Source: a bacterium
GTDB taxonomy: Bacteria > Hinthialibacterota > Hinthialibacteria > Hinthialibacterales > Hinthialibacteraceae
Length of the DNA stretch: 43,945 nt
Assembly: GCA_041946805.1 (NCBI GenBank)
Contig: JBHGBC010000032.1
Span: forward strand, 1-43,945
Direction: 5' to 3'
Made by a program: the position numbers and the translations under genes. This document shows positions 18,737-27,575 of this stretch, one piece after another; position 1 is the stretch's first letter; the number at the start of each line of letters is the position of its first letter. Under the pieces are notes generated by a model that saw only the letters and a list, made by a program, of their open reading frames with translations, searched no databases and was not told the DNA's origin.

Positions 18737-19537
18737 TCAGGTGTGCTTGTACACCGAGACGATGGGCAGCCCCGTTTTCTCTTGCAGATGGGTTTCGATC
18801 GCGGTGGCTTCTTCCAGCGAAATGGTCCGCAAGGGAGTGGCCGCGTAAGGGCGCAGCGCCTCGGTGTGGCCTCCCCGGGAGGCCACATGCCAGCGCCGCG
18901 GATAGGGGCGGGTGGGGGTGTTCAATTGGACTTCATCCGGGTGGATCTCGCTCAGGATATCCGCCAGCCGGTCCGCCTCGTTGCGGTTGAGGGGCATGAA
19001 CATGACCTGGATCCCCAGCATGCCCCCGTATTCCTTCTTGAACCGCTTCACGTGTTCCACAATCGACGCCAGGGTGATGCCGTTGACCGGCCGGTTGATT
19101 CGCTGAAACATTTCTTCGCCGGCGGCGTCCAATTTGACATACACCCGCTGCACGGCCTGCAAATCTTGAATGACGTCAGGATCATCCAACCGGGTGCCGT
19201 TGGTCAATACCAGCTGGGGGATGTCCGTAATTTTGCCGATCTCCCGCGCCGCCTCGCCCAGGTTCAGGGCCAGGGTGGGCTCGCCGCTGCCACTGTAGGT
19301 GATGATGTCCGATTCCCGCCACCGGCTGGCCAGAAAATCCCGCACCACGTGTGCCGTGGCGACGAACAATTTCCGTTGGCTGGTTACCACTTGAATGTTC
19401 CCCAATTGGCAGTACACGCAGTTGAACGAACAGACCGAAGTCTCGCGGATCAGATCGATTCCCAAGGACATCCCCACCCGCCAGGAGCGCACCGGGCCAT
19501 AGACGGTTGAGACAGGTTTTCGATTTGTGATTTCCAT
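18737..19537 (-). CDS. Radical SAM protein (COG0731/Tyw1-like Fe-S oxidoreductase)
   Basis: YGPVxSxRxGxSLGID; CSFNCVYC; SGSGEPTL; LTNG; QLNTPTRP. Confidence 0.85.
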   Translation of the reverse strand: MEITNRKPVSTVYGPVRSWRVGMSLGIDLIRETSVCSFNCVYCQLGNIQVVTSQRKLFVATAHVVRDFLASRWRESDIITYSGSGEPTLALNLGEAAREIGKITDIPQLVLTNGTRLDDPDVIQDLQAVQRVYVKLDAAGEEMFQRINRPVNGITLASIVEHVKRFKKEYGGMLGIQVMFMPLNRNEADRLADILSEIHPDEVQLNTPTRPYPRRWHVASRGGHTEALRPYAATPLRTISLEEATAIETHLQEKTGLPIVSVYKHT

Positions 19538-20197
19538 TGGACCGTGATTCCTGTTATTGGGTATCCATTATGGTATCCGGTTTTGTTATCCCGGGTAGGC
19601 ATGAAGTGGGGATGAGAGGGTAAAGGGAGGGAAAGTCTTGAATGGAAATCGAATCCGAATGGAACGAAAAGCCGCAAAAGCGGGAAAAAATGATCCGAAT
19701 CATGTCAGGTATTCTCGCTTGTCACCGGTATATACTTGCTATTCTGCACCGCCTCTCCTGGATGCGGGTGTGGATGTGATCGCGGGTGAGTGCAAGCCCT
19801 ACTGTTCGGCGACCGGTGAACTGGAATCGGTCACGGCGTGTCCACTCAGATTTTACAGATTCCATAAATTATAAAATTTGTGGAATACCATCACTATATC
19901 CTATCCAATGAATCCCTTGGCCAGGGGAATGGTATTGGATTGAGTGAAACACATTGCCATGAATATAGTTGGCATCGACATATTTTATAAACAAAATAAT
20001 CCGTATTATTGTTTTAATCCCGGTAATGGAATGTTATCAGGCAATCCATTACATCAAACCAGTAGGAAAAAGAGCCGGAGCCGGTTGGATTGAAAAGATA
20101 GTTTAGTTTCTTGATCATATTTAATTTAACCGATAGCCCCAAGAACGGGACCGGAAGAACTCCGCGGAAGGGCGTGTTAAATTTTGAAAAAAATCTC

Positions 20198-20238
20198 TTG
20201 ACGATTCGTTGAAGTTGTATAAACTCCTTTAGTATAAT
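20198..20238 (+). promoter_or_regulatory. Sigma-70-like promoter(s)
   Basis: TTGACG-N16-TAAACT and overlapping TTGAAG-N18-TATAAT in AT-rich DNA. Confidence 0.45.
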
Positions 20239-20416
20239 CCATTTCAAGAAATTACCATCAAGAGGACGATGTATCACCTGGAGTTTTGGAGCGGCAGCAG
20301 GGCGGGGAGGGGTAGAAGCCAAGTCCTGCTATTGTTGTGGCCATAGCTATCAAGGAAAGGACATCTCAGACCGGCTGTCAAGTGCATACCCTTTATCAAA
20401 GTAAAGGAACAATGAG

Positions 20417-20785
20417 TTGCCACATGCTGTGTTGAAGGGGGAATTGGGAGGGATCCCGTTAGGGGAGATCCTCAAACCCTTGGTGGAAGAGAGCGAAGAG
20501 TGGCTGATTAAGGTCGAGGAAGTGTATGTGGAACGGCAAGGCCGCAAAGCCCTGTTGTGGACTATCGTGGTGGAAGAAGGGCATTCGCAATCGTTCTACA
20601 TACGTCTCACGAAAAGCGAGGCGGACCACAAACTGACCGTCCACCTCGATCCTTCCACGGATCCAATCAAAACTCGCGGGGTAAAACGCGCGGTCGCCCG
20701 GGTGGCGGAATCCCTCCTGGGGAGTGGCATATCGTTGGCGGTCGAACGTGACAACCTGTCTGGTTTTCTCGTGACGCGGGATTGA
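20417..20785 (+). CDS. Hypothetical protein
   Basis: 122-aa ORF with natural composition (MPHAVLKG...); AAAGGA upstream; TTG start. Confidence 0.6.
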   Translation: MPHAVLKGELGGIPLGEILKPLVEESEEWLIKVEEVYVERQGRKALLWTIVVEEGHSQSFYIRLTKSEADHKLTVHLDPSTDPIKTRGVKRAVARVAESLLGSGISLAVERDNLSGFLVTRD

Positions 20786-20905
20786 TCTTGCCGATACGCA
20801 TCCTTGACATGTCCGTCGTGAATTTTTGACGGAGACTAGTTGGCGGTTCAAACGTTAGTACATCAAATTGGTTGATGAATACCCCGCCGGTGTTCCTCTT
20901 TCTGG

Positions 20906-21766
20906 TTGTCTGGATGGAAGAACTCGGGGTGCCAATATTCCTGGAATGAAGATCCAGGTAAGAAAGGAGTATCTTTCAAGTTCCCGGCCGGTCCCGGTTG
21001 GATACGGCCGCCGGAAACAAGAAAGGTTGTGTTGCAGTCGATGGAATCCGCACAAAAGAAAATCGAGAACTCCTCCCGTGGCAATCGCGAAGCGATTGAA
21101 AATCATTTAGTCCAGGAATGGGGCATGTCGCCCGAAAGCGCCCGGCGGTTTGTCAACCGTCAGCCCAGCCTCACGTTGAATGAAGCTGTGGAGTACATGC
21201 GCGCGGTGACCAAAGGGTACCGCCTCCTGTATCGCCGCACGCACGGCCAGCGGATCAGTCCGTTGTTGCTGCGCCGGGCCACCGAAATGGCCTTGGAACG
21301 GACCGCGCGGCGCCGCCAGGCGCTGACCGAAAAGGACCTGCAGTACCTTATGCAGCAGGCGCGGGACGCCACCGACGCGGATATCGCCCGCAAGAGCGAT
21401 CCCGCCACCACCGAAGGCCGCATCCAATATCTCCGGCCGCTGCGGGAAGCGGTGATGTGCGAGGAAGACGCGGTCACGCGCAACCGGCTGCTGGGCGTGG
21501 CGGAAGTCTTCATTATGAGCGGGTATGTACTCAACAAGCAGGCCTTGATCAAGCAATGCCTGCAGCAGGAAGAGATCTTCCCCAACCGGCGCACGGTGGA
21601 CGAGACCTTGGAAATTCTCCGCACCTCCTACGAAGCGCTGGGTTTTTCCAAGGATGACGTATTCATTGCCTCGGCGTACCTCGACGTTCCCTATGGCAAA
21701 GTGGATACGCGCACCCATCGCAAGAAGGCCGGTTCCAACAATTTGCCTCATTTTATTTATGAATAA
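20906..21766 (+). CDS. Hypothetical basic alpha-helical protein
   Basis: Long ORF with coding-like GC3, followed by a terminator. True start may be ATG 21041. Confidence 0.6.
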   Translation: MSGWKNSGCQYSWNEDPGKKGVSFKFPAGPGWIRPPETRKVVLQSMESAQKKIENSSRGNREAIENHLVQEWGMSPESARRFVNRQPSLTLNEAVEYMRAVTKGYRLLYRRTHGQRISPLLLRRATEMALERTARRRQALTEKDLQYLMQQARDATDADIARKSDPATTEGRIQYLRPLREAVMCEEDAVTRNRLLGVAEVFIMSGYVLNKQALIKQCLQQEEIFPNRRTVDETLEILRTSYEALGFSKDDVFIASAYLDVPYGKVDTRTHRKKAGSNNLPHFIYE

Positions 21767-21790
21767 GTTATATGACCTCGACTTGACCGG

Positions 21791-21818
21791 GCCGCGCCCT
21801 TCCCCGCGCGGCTTTTTT
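21791..21818 (+). terminator. Intrinsic terminator
   Basis: GCCGCGC/GCGCGGC stem followed by a T tract. Confidence 0.7.
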
Positions 21819-21838
21819 ATTTTTTCAAACATTTTTCT

Positions 21839-22088
21839 GGTTCATCCGATATGTGCGTACATTTTTCGGGAACGTGACCGGATATCGATGCGACGGGTTG
21901 GAGAGCGCCACCCGAAATCCCCTCTCCCTCTGGAAGAGGGCCAGGGTGAGGGGAAGCCTTTCCTGGGCGCTGATCCCCTCGGCGGATTCCTAAAACGCGG
22001 AGGGGGAAGGAAATTATTTTCCTTCGGTTCAGAGTCAGGGTATTGAAATACGATTTTTCCCATCCTGTACGCACTTGTCGGATAAACC
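21839..22088. mobile_element. MITE copy, 250 bp
   Basis: TIRs GGTTCATCCGATATGTGCGTAC / GTACGCACTTGTCGGATAAACC; flanks ATTTTTCT/TTTTTTCT; internal G-rich palindrome at 21920-21952. Confidence 0.8.
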
Positions 22089-22110
22089 TTTTTTCTCAAC
22101 CATTATTCTT

Positions 22111-23826
22111 ATGGCTGAATCCGATCGCTCCCAGCTGTTCTCTCCTTCCTCCATGCGGACCGGACTGGCCCTCGCCGGGGTGTTTCTCTTCGCCTTCTGG
22201 CTGCGGGTGGATGGCTATCGCTGGGGATTGCCTTTCCGCTTGCATCCGGACGAATGGAAATATGTATCCGCCGCCGCCGAATGCCACCGCGGCCAGTGGA
22301 ATCCCAAGTATTTCCGCAATCCGCCGGGATTTTCGTATCTCACCGCGGCCTGGTATCCCTTGTGGCTTCCGTTCCGCTCCCCGGTTGAGATTCCTGCTTG
22401 GCTGAATATCGATCCCCTCTGGTTGAAGCCGTCCCGGAACGTGGAGGCCACGTATCTCTACCGGCCGTTCGACCTGGCGGCCGGGGCGCGGGTGTTGTCC
22501 GCGCTGCTGGGGGCGTTGACCGCCGTGGCGGTGTTTTTCCTGGCCCGGGAAGTGCTTCCAGCGCATTTTGCCTTAGGAGCCGCGTCGCTGGCGGCGATTT
22601 CCTTCGCCAATGTCCGTGAAAGCCATTTCGCCGTGAACGATCCCGCCATGGCGTTCTTCACCACAACTGTCCTGGTGCTGGGATTGCTTTGGCATCGATG
22701 TGGGAGATTATGGCTTCTAGGAGCGGCCGCGGCCTGCGGCGGGGTGGCCGTGGCGGTGAAATACAATGCTTTTCCGGCCGTGCTGTCGTTATTGATTTTG
22801 CGGGCGTCGTGCTATTGGCCCCGAAAAAACGAGGAATCCCTCCGGATTCTCGCGCGGGATTTGCTGTTGCTTGTCGCGTTGTCCGTGTTTTTCTTTCTCG
22901 TGGTTTGCCCGTTTCCCCTGATCGATACTCCAACCTTCCTGCATGAGATGACCTTGCTGCGCGAAGCCGCGGCCCAACCCTGGGCCGGGCAGGACACCCG
23001 CTGGTCGCTGATCCAATTCCTCGAAGCGGCGTGGATCAGCGAGGGCGCCTTGGCCATGGTATTGGCCGCCATCGGGCTCGCGGCCGCGCTGCGGGAGAGA
23101 AAAGGCATCCTGTTGGTGTTCCCGGGTTTGTATGGGATTCTGGTCGCGGTTCATCCCTTGTTTTTTGTCCGCTTTTCCTTGCCGGTGTTGCCGTGGATTT
23201 CCCTCTTCGCCGCCTATGGCGTTTCTGTCCCGGTGACCCGATTGATCCGCAAAGAGCGCATGGGTTTGTGGATTACAGTGGCGCTGTTTCTGACCGCCGG
23301 GACCGAGCCGCTGCTCAAGGACCGGCGGAGCAATTTTCTTCTCAAGCAAACCGATACCCGGATTGAATGCCTGCGGTGGTTCCTGACCGAGGAACGGTCT
23401 CCGGTTTTGATCGGAACCGACCAGTTTGCCGTTCCCCTGGTGTACCGCGGGATCGCCGATGTGTGGACGAAACCGCTCGATCCCCGGATGGTTTCCATCG
23501 ATGGGCTGCCCTCCGGTCAATTGCAGCAGCTGGACACATTGGCCCAGGTCCCCGCGGGTTATCTGGTGTATAGCAATTTCGCGCCGTTTACAGCCCGGTA
23601 TCCGGATACCGGCGAGGAGCGCCGCGCGGCCATACAGAAGTTCGTGGGTCACAATCGCCCCGATCGAGTCTTTCAACCCTTTACCCGGCCTTGGACTCCC
23701 CAGCCCGCGGACGTGGAAGACACCTACAGTCCATTCCGGAATTTGTGGGGCAGGGATCGGCCGGGCGCGGTGATTGAGGTTTACAAGAGAGAGACGGTGG
23801 GGCGGGCGCCGGAGACGCCGCCGTAA
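22111..23826 (+). CDS. GT-C membrane glycosyltransferase (PMT/ArnT-like)
   Basis: LR...WGLP...HPDE luminal-loop motif; SHFAVND; AVKYN; many TM helices. The ORF-track start at 22075 falls inside the MITE TIR. Confidence 0.8.
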   Translation: MAESDRSQLFSPSSMRTGLALAGVFLFAFWLRVDGYRWGLPFRLHPDEWKYVSAAAECHRGQWNPKYFRNPPGFSYLTAAWYPLWLPFRSPVEIPAWLNIDPLWLKPSRNVEATYLYRPFDLAAGARVLSALLGALTAVAVFFLAREVLPAHFALGAASLAAISFANVRESHFAVNDPAMAFFTTTVLVLGLLWHRCGRLWLLGAAAACGGVAVAVKYNAFPAVLSLLILRASCYWPRKNEESLRILARDLLLLVALSVFFFLVVCPFPLIDTPTFLHEMTLLREAAAQPWAGQDTRWSLIQFLEAAWISEGALAMVLAAIGLAAALRERKGILLVFPGLYGILVAVHPLFFVRFSLPVLPWISLFAAYGVSVPVTRLIRKERMGLWITVALFLTAGTEPLLKDRRSNFLLKQTDTRIECLRWFLTEERSPVLIGTDQFAVPLVYRGIADVWTKPLDPRMVSIDGLPSGQLQQLDTLAQVPAGYLVYSNFAPFTARYPDTGEERRAAIQKFVGHNRPDRVFQPFTRPWTPQPADVEDTYSPFRNLWGRDRPGAVIEVYKRETVGRAPETPP

Positions 23827-23902
23827 GTTGAAACTTATGGCTACTCAAATGAAACCCCTTCGGGGATTTTACGAATCCGATCATTCATCAACCATTTTCA
23901 CT

Positions 23903-23935
23903 CCCTCTCCCTCTGGGAGAGGGCCGGGGTGAGGG
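23903..23935 (+). repeat. G-rich palindrome/G4 repeat
   Basis: CCCTCTCCCTCTGGGAGAGGGCCGGGGTGAGGG between convergent genes. Confidence 0.8.
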
Positions 23936-23944
23936 AAATGTATA

Positions 23945-25744
23945 TCATTGTTTTTTCAATTGCTCTTCCAACTCGCGGGCCTTTCGTTCCAGATCGGCAA
24001 TGCTATCCGCGCGTCCCGCTTTTTTCAGCCGATCGATTAGTTCATGATACCGCCCGGGGAAGACCGGATTGAGCTCGATCACCCGTTCGAGTTGCTGAAT
24101 GGCGGAGGGCAGATCGTTTTGGCGTAGGAAGATCTGCGCCAGCTGTTGATGCGCCAGGATGTCCTCTTGCAGCCGGATGGCGGTTTTGAAAGCACTCACC
24201 GCCTTATTGTCCCACCCCAGCGACGCGTAATAGACTCCCAGCATGTAATGAGTCGGCTGAACAAAGGGATCCAGGGAGCGGGAGGCTTCCAGGTTCGTGA
24301 CCGCTTCGAATCCCCGGCTTTCGATTCCCTTGCGCAGGAATTGGCTTGCCCGGAATTGCAGGATCGCGGCCATGCCCACCAGGAGAGTGAAGAAAAAACA
24401 CAATCCGATCAACCAAGGGGGAAGGTACCGGGCGGGTGTTTCCCTGGGCTTCCGAGGCGTGACGAGATAGGAACCCAGCAACGCGATCTGCAACGAACTG
24501 GCGGGCAGGTGAAACGGGAAGTCCGAAAACGTATGGATCAGCGCCACCCACACGCCCGCGTAGGCTCCCCACGCGAACCAATCCGCATCCGTGGTTTGTT
24601 TGAACCGCCTCCAGGCCGCGAGGTTCCATGCCGCCGTCAACCACAAGAGCGCCAGTACGCCCAAGGGGCCGATTTCGCTGGCGGTTTCGAGCAATTGAAA
24701 ATGAGGTTGATCGACGGGGATCACGTAATCCCGGTCGTGCGCGTGCCATTGTTTCGCGTAGTTGATCCCCTGGTAATGCTCATGCACCGTCAGGTAATTA
24801 CCGAAACCGATGCCGGTGAGGGGAGACTCGTCGATCATCACTCGCGTGGTTTTCCAGTTGAACCGCCGCGCGCCCATCCCCGACCACCAATGGGGTGATG
24901 CCCAGGCTTCCTTATATAACGAGCGCCCGTGGCTGTTGTAGGGATTGTCGGCCAGATACCAGATCACGGGCAACGCCGCCAACACAATCAGAATGAACGT
25001 CCGCGCAAGGGGCAGGCAGATTTTGCGGTGGATGACCAAGGCTGTCGCCAGAGTGACGATCAAACTTCCCATCAGGCTGGTGGTGGTTCCCACGCTGAAG
25101 GTGACCGTATGACATGCGGCGCAGATCATCACCGCCAGCCCCGCTCCCGCAAAATGGTAAATCCGCGCGCCGTTCTGTAATCCGTAGGCCACGATCACCG
25201 GCAAGGTGATGCCCAAATAGCCCGCCAGAAAGTTGGGATTGCCCAGGGTGGATATCACCTTGGCCCGCCAGTCCCGCACGCCGCCCACGGGGGTCATGAA
25301 ATCGATCCCGTAATCCTGCAGGATTCCATAAAGGGCCGCCAGGACCGCCGTAATCATCAGCACCGGGACCACTCGCGCGGGGACCTCGATTCTTCGCCAA
25401 AACCTTCGAAAACAATAAAAGAGGGCGATGAACAGCGCCAGGTTAAACAGCGCCTTGATCTGCAGCGGCGTGCGGTAGTGAATCAGTGTGGAAATCAGCG
25501 ACAGGATGAACAAAGTGGCCAGGGGCGCGTCCAGGGGAGTTGGCGCGATTTTGCGGGAGACCGGCTGCGCCGCGATCAGAAAAAGCCACAAGGCGGTAAA
25601 GCAGGAAAGCCAAACGAGCTTGGGCAACAGGTAGGAATCGGCGGTGGCGGGGGTGATGAACAACGGCGTAAAGGCGATGACCAGGCAGGCGATCCACCGC
25701 TCCCATTTCAGATACAAGTATGGAGATCGCGTCTCATCCACCAT
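23945..25744 (-). CDS. O-antigen ligase/O-oligosaccharyltransferase-like membrane protein with C-terminal TPRs
   Basis: STLGNPNFLAGYL; R...W...MI...PLTGIGFGNY; HxQLLExxSEIGPLG; DFPFH; TPR-like C-terminus. Confidence 0.8.
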   Translation of the reverse strand: MVDETRSPYLYLKWERWIACLVIAFTPLFITPATADSYLLPKLVWLSCFTALWLFLIAAQPVSRKIAPTPLDAPLATLFILSLISTLIHYRTPLQIKALFNLALFIALFYCFRRFWRRIEVPARVVPVLMITAVLAALYGILQDYGIDFMTPVGGVRDWRAKVISTLGNPNFLAGYLGITLPVIVAYGLQNGARIYHFAGAGLAVMICAACHTVTFSVGTTTSLMGSLIVTLATALVIHRKICLPLARTFILIVLAALPVIWYLADNPYNSHGRSLYKEAWASPHWWSGMGARRFNWKTTRVMIDESPLTGIGFGNYLTVHEHYQGINYAKQWHAHDRDYVIPVDQPHFQLLETASEIGPLGVLALLWLTAAWNLAAWRRFKQTTDADWFAWGAYAGVWVALIHTFSDFPFHLPASSLQIALLGSYLVTPRKPRETPARYLPPWLIGLCFFFTLLVGMAAILQFRASQFLRKGIESRGFEAVTNLEASRSLDPFVQPTHYMLGVYYASLGWDNKAVSAFKTAIRLQEDILAHQQLAQIFLRQNDLPSAIQQLERVIELNPVFPGRYHELIDRLKKAGRADSIADLERKARELEEQLKKQ

Positions 25745-27575
25745 TCCCGCTCCGTTCCGGCTTGGGAAACATATATAGGAATCCTTCGGGAAGATAAGGT
25801 TGATAGGAGGGTGATACGCGTGTCCGGTCGATGGGGATCCACTGATCGATTTTCGGCGGCCCCTGCTCTTTCCATGGAGCCGGCAAGGGTTCTTTGGGAT
25901 ACGACGCGGCGTACACGGTTCCTTTTTCCCGGAGCGGAGTGATCAGGTTTTGCCAGACATCCTCCAGCCACTCATCGCGGTTTTGGTGCTTTTGATCTTC
26001 CCGGGGAGGCAGGGAAATACGGCGCGCGCGCGCGATCTGGCTGCGGTACCAATCCAGGTAGAGGAATCCCGCGCCGATCACCGTGACCCGCCGTCCCCGC
26101 TTTTCCACGATTTGTTGATACAACAACGGATAGAGTTCGTTGTCCGACGAGTTTTCATGCAGTCCCGTAATGAGCGGGACCCCGGCCGGAACGCGCCGCC
26201 ACACCCGCCGGGCATAGTCTGCCGCCGAGAAATCCGAAGCATAATTCAAGCGCGAAGCCAGGCCGCCATCCCACCGGGAGAAGTTCAACGGAGTGCGTTG
26301 TCTCCGCGCCAGCAGGTCGTCCAGGTCCATCCGGATTTGCAAGGGCGACAACACGGCGCACAAGGCCACGGCGGCCAGAATCAACCCATTCACCGGGCGG
26401 GAGAAGTTGGCTCTCGCGATCAACGCCAACAATCCCGCGAGACCAAACGCCAGGGGGATGGAGAGAACCAGCAGGGTGGGGAAGAGGAACACGGAGCGGT
26501 CGCCCACGGGGTAAATCCATAGAAAAGCCAGGTGGGCGAGATAGAGATACACAGCCAGACCTCCCAGCCAGGGCATTCGGCGAAAAAGGACGATCCACCC
26601 GGCGGCGGCCACGGCGCCCAAGAGGCCATAGCTGGCATGGGAAATGAAAACCAGGAACAGGAAATCCAAAACAGCCCGCCCCAGGCCGAAGGTCGCATAC
26701 ATTCTACCCAGCTGTTCGAGGCCTTGACGGGGCAGGTCCGTGTACAAGTGACCACTGATCAACTGATACCAGCGTTGGAACGTTTCGGGATCATACCAGT
26801 TGACCGCCGGATTGCGCGCCGCCCGCAAGGGGAAATAGGCCAGCAAGACAAGGGGGATCAGGAGAAACAGACCTTGCGGGATCATCCGAAAACAGGAGAA
26901 GGGTGGTTCCCAGGTTTCCGCCGGATTACCATCAATCCAGAATGATCTTTTGCTGGTGAACCGCAATATCATAAGTACCAAGACAACCGCAATCAGAAAC
27001 ACCGACAGCCGGTGATGGGTAGCCATCCAGCCCAGAAGAAAGAGCAGGGGAGCGAGGGCGGCCGCGGGAGAGCGCAGAAAATGAAACAGCAGCCAGAGGG
27101 TCAGCGTGAACTGCAATCCGAAGAACGCGTAGACCTCGGTGATCACCGACTGGGACCAAGTCCCGTGGGTTATCGGGAAAGCCGTGGCGGCGGCGAAGGC
27201 GGGCAGGATGGATAATGCTCGTTTTTTTTCGTAGACCGATTCCAGACATAATTCCAAAAAGCGATACAATATCCCGCATGCCAAGGCGGTACAAACGGCG
27301 GAGAAGAGATGGCCGCGGAAGATCACTGTCCCGAACGGCAGCGATTGAAACAAGCGCAGGGCCAGCATGTAAAAGGAATATCCGGTGGGATGGGGGACGC
27401 CCAGGATCCACGCGCCGGCCGCCAACTCGGGGGAATCCCCCCACACCAGGTCCTGGGGCAGGGTCCAGATGGAAAACGCCAGCGAAATCAAGATCACGCA
27501 CGCTCCGGCTCCGGGGTGGAACCGGTGGGGCCGGAGCGATTCGGTCGTGTTTCTGCTGATTTTCACTGGTATCAC
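25734..27575 (-). CDS. DUF2723/TMEM260-like GT-C glycosyltransferase
   Basis: GDSPEL...LGVPHPTGY; WSQSVITEVY; THH; YFPLRA. Start could be GTG 27575 or GTG 27497. Confidence 0.8.
   Translation of the reverse strand: MIPVKISRNTTESLRPHRFHPGAGACVILISLAFSIWTLPQDLVWGDSPELAAGAWILGVPHPTGYSFYMLALRLFQSLPFGTVIFRGHLFSAVCTALACGILYRFLELCLESVYEKKRALSILPAFAAATAFPITHGTWSQSVITEVYAFFGLQFTLTLWLLFHFLRSPAAALAPLLFLLGWMATHHRLSVFLIAVVLVLMILRFTSKRSFWIDGNPAETWEPPFSCFRMIPQGLFLLIPLVLLAYFPLRAARNPAVNWYDPETFQRWYQLISGHLYTDLPRQGLEQLGRMYATFGLGRAVLDFLFLVFISHASYGLLGAVAAAGWIVLFRRMPWLGGLAVYLYLAHLAFLWIYPVGDRSVFLFPTLLVLSIPLAFGLAGLLALIARANFSRPVNGLILAAVALCAVLSPLQIRMDLDDLLARRQRTPLNFSRWDGGLASRLNYASDFSAADYARRVWRRVPAGVPLITGLHENSSDNELYPLLYQQIVEKRGRRVTVIGAGFLYLDWYRSQIARARRISLPPREDQKHQNRDEWLEDVWQNLITPLREKGTVYAASYPKEPLPAPWKEQGPPKIDQWIPIDRTRVSPSYQPYLPEGFLYMFPKPERSGNGG

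Noticed and set aside
19760..19843. tRNA-like cloverleaf
   Set aside because: No TTC T-loop, no U33, and poor D and anticodon stems.
19859..19886. dif site or oriC
   Set aside because: The XerD arm TTATGT is not conserved and there is no cluster of TTATCCACA boxes.
20269..20346. 25-codon leader peptide MYHLEFW...
   Set aside because: RBS-to-ATG spacing is too short, there is no regulatory codon run, and nothing else supports it.
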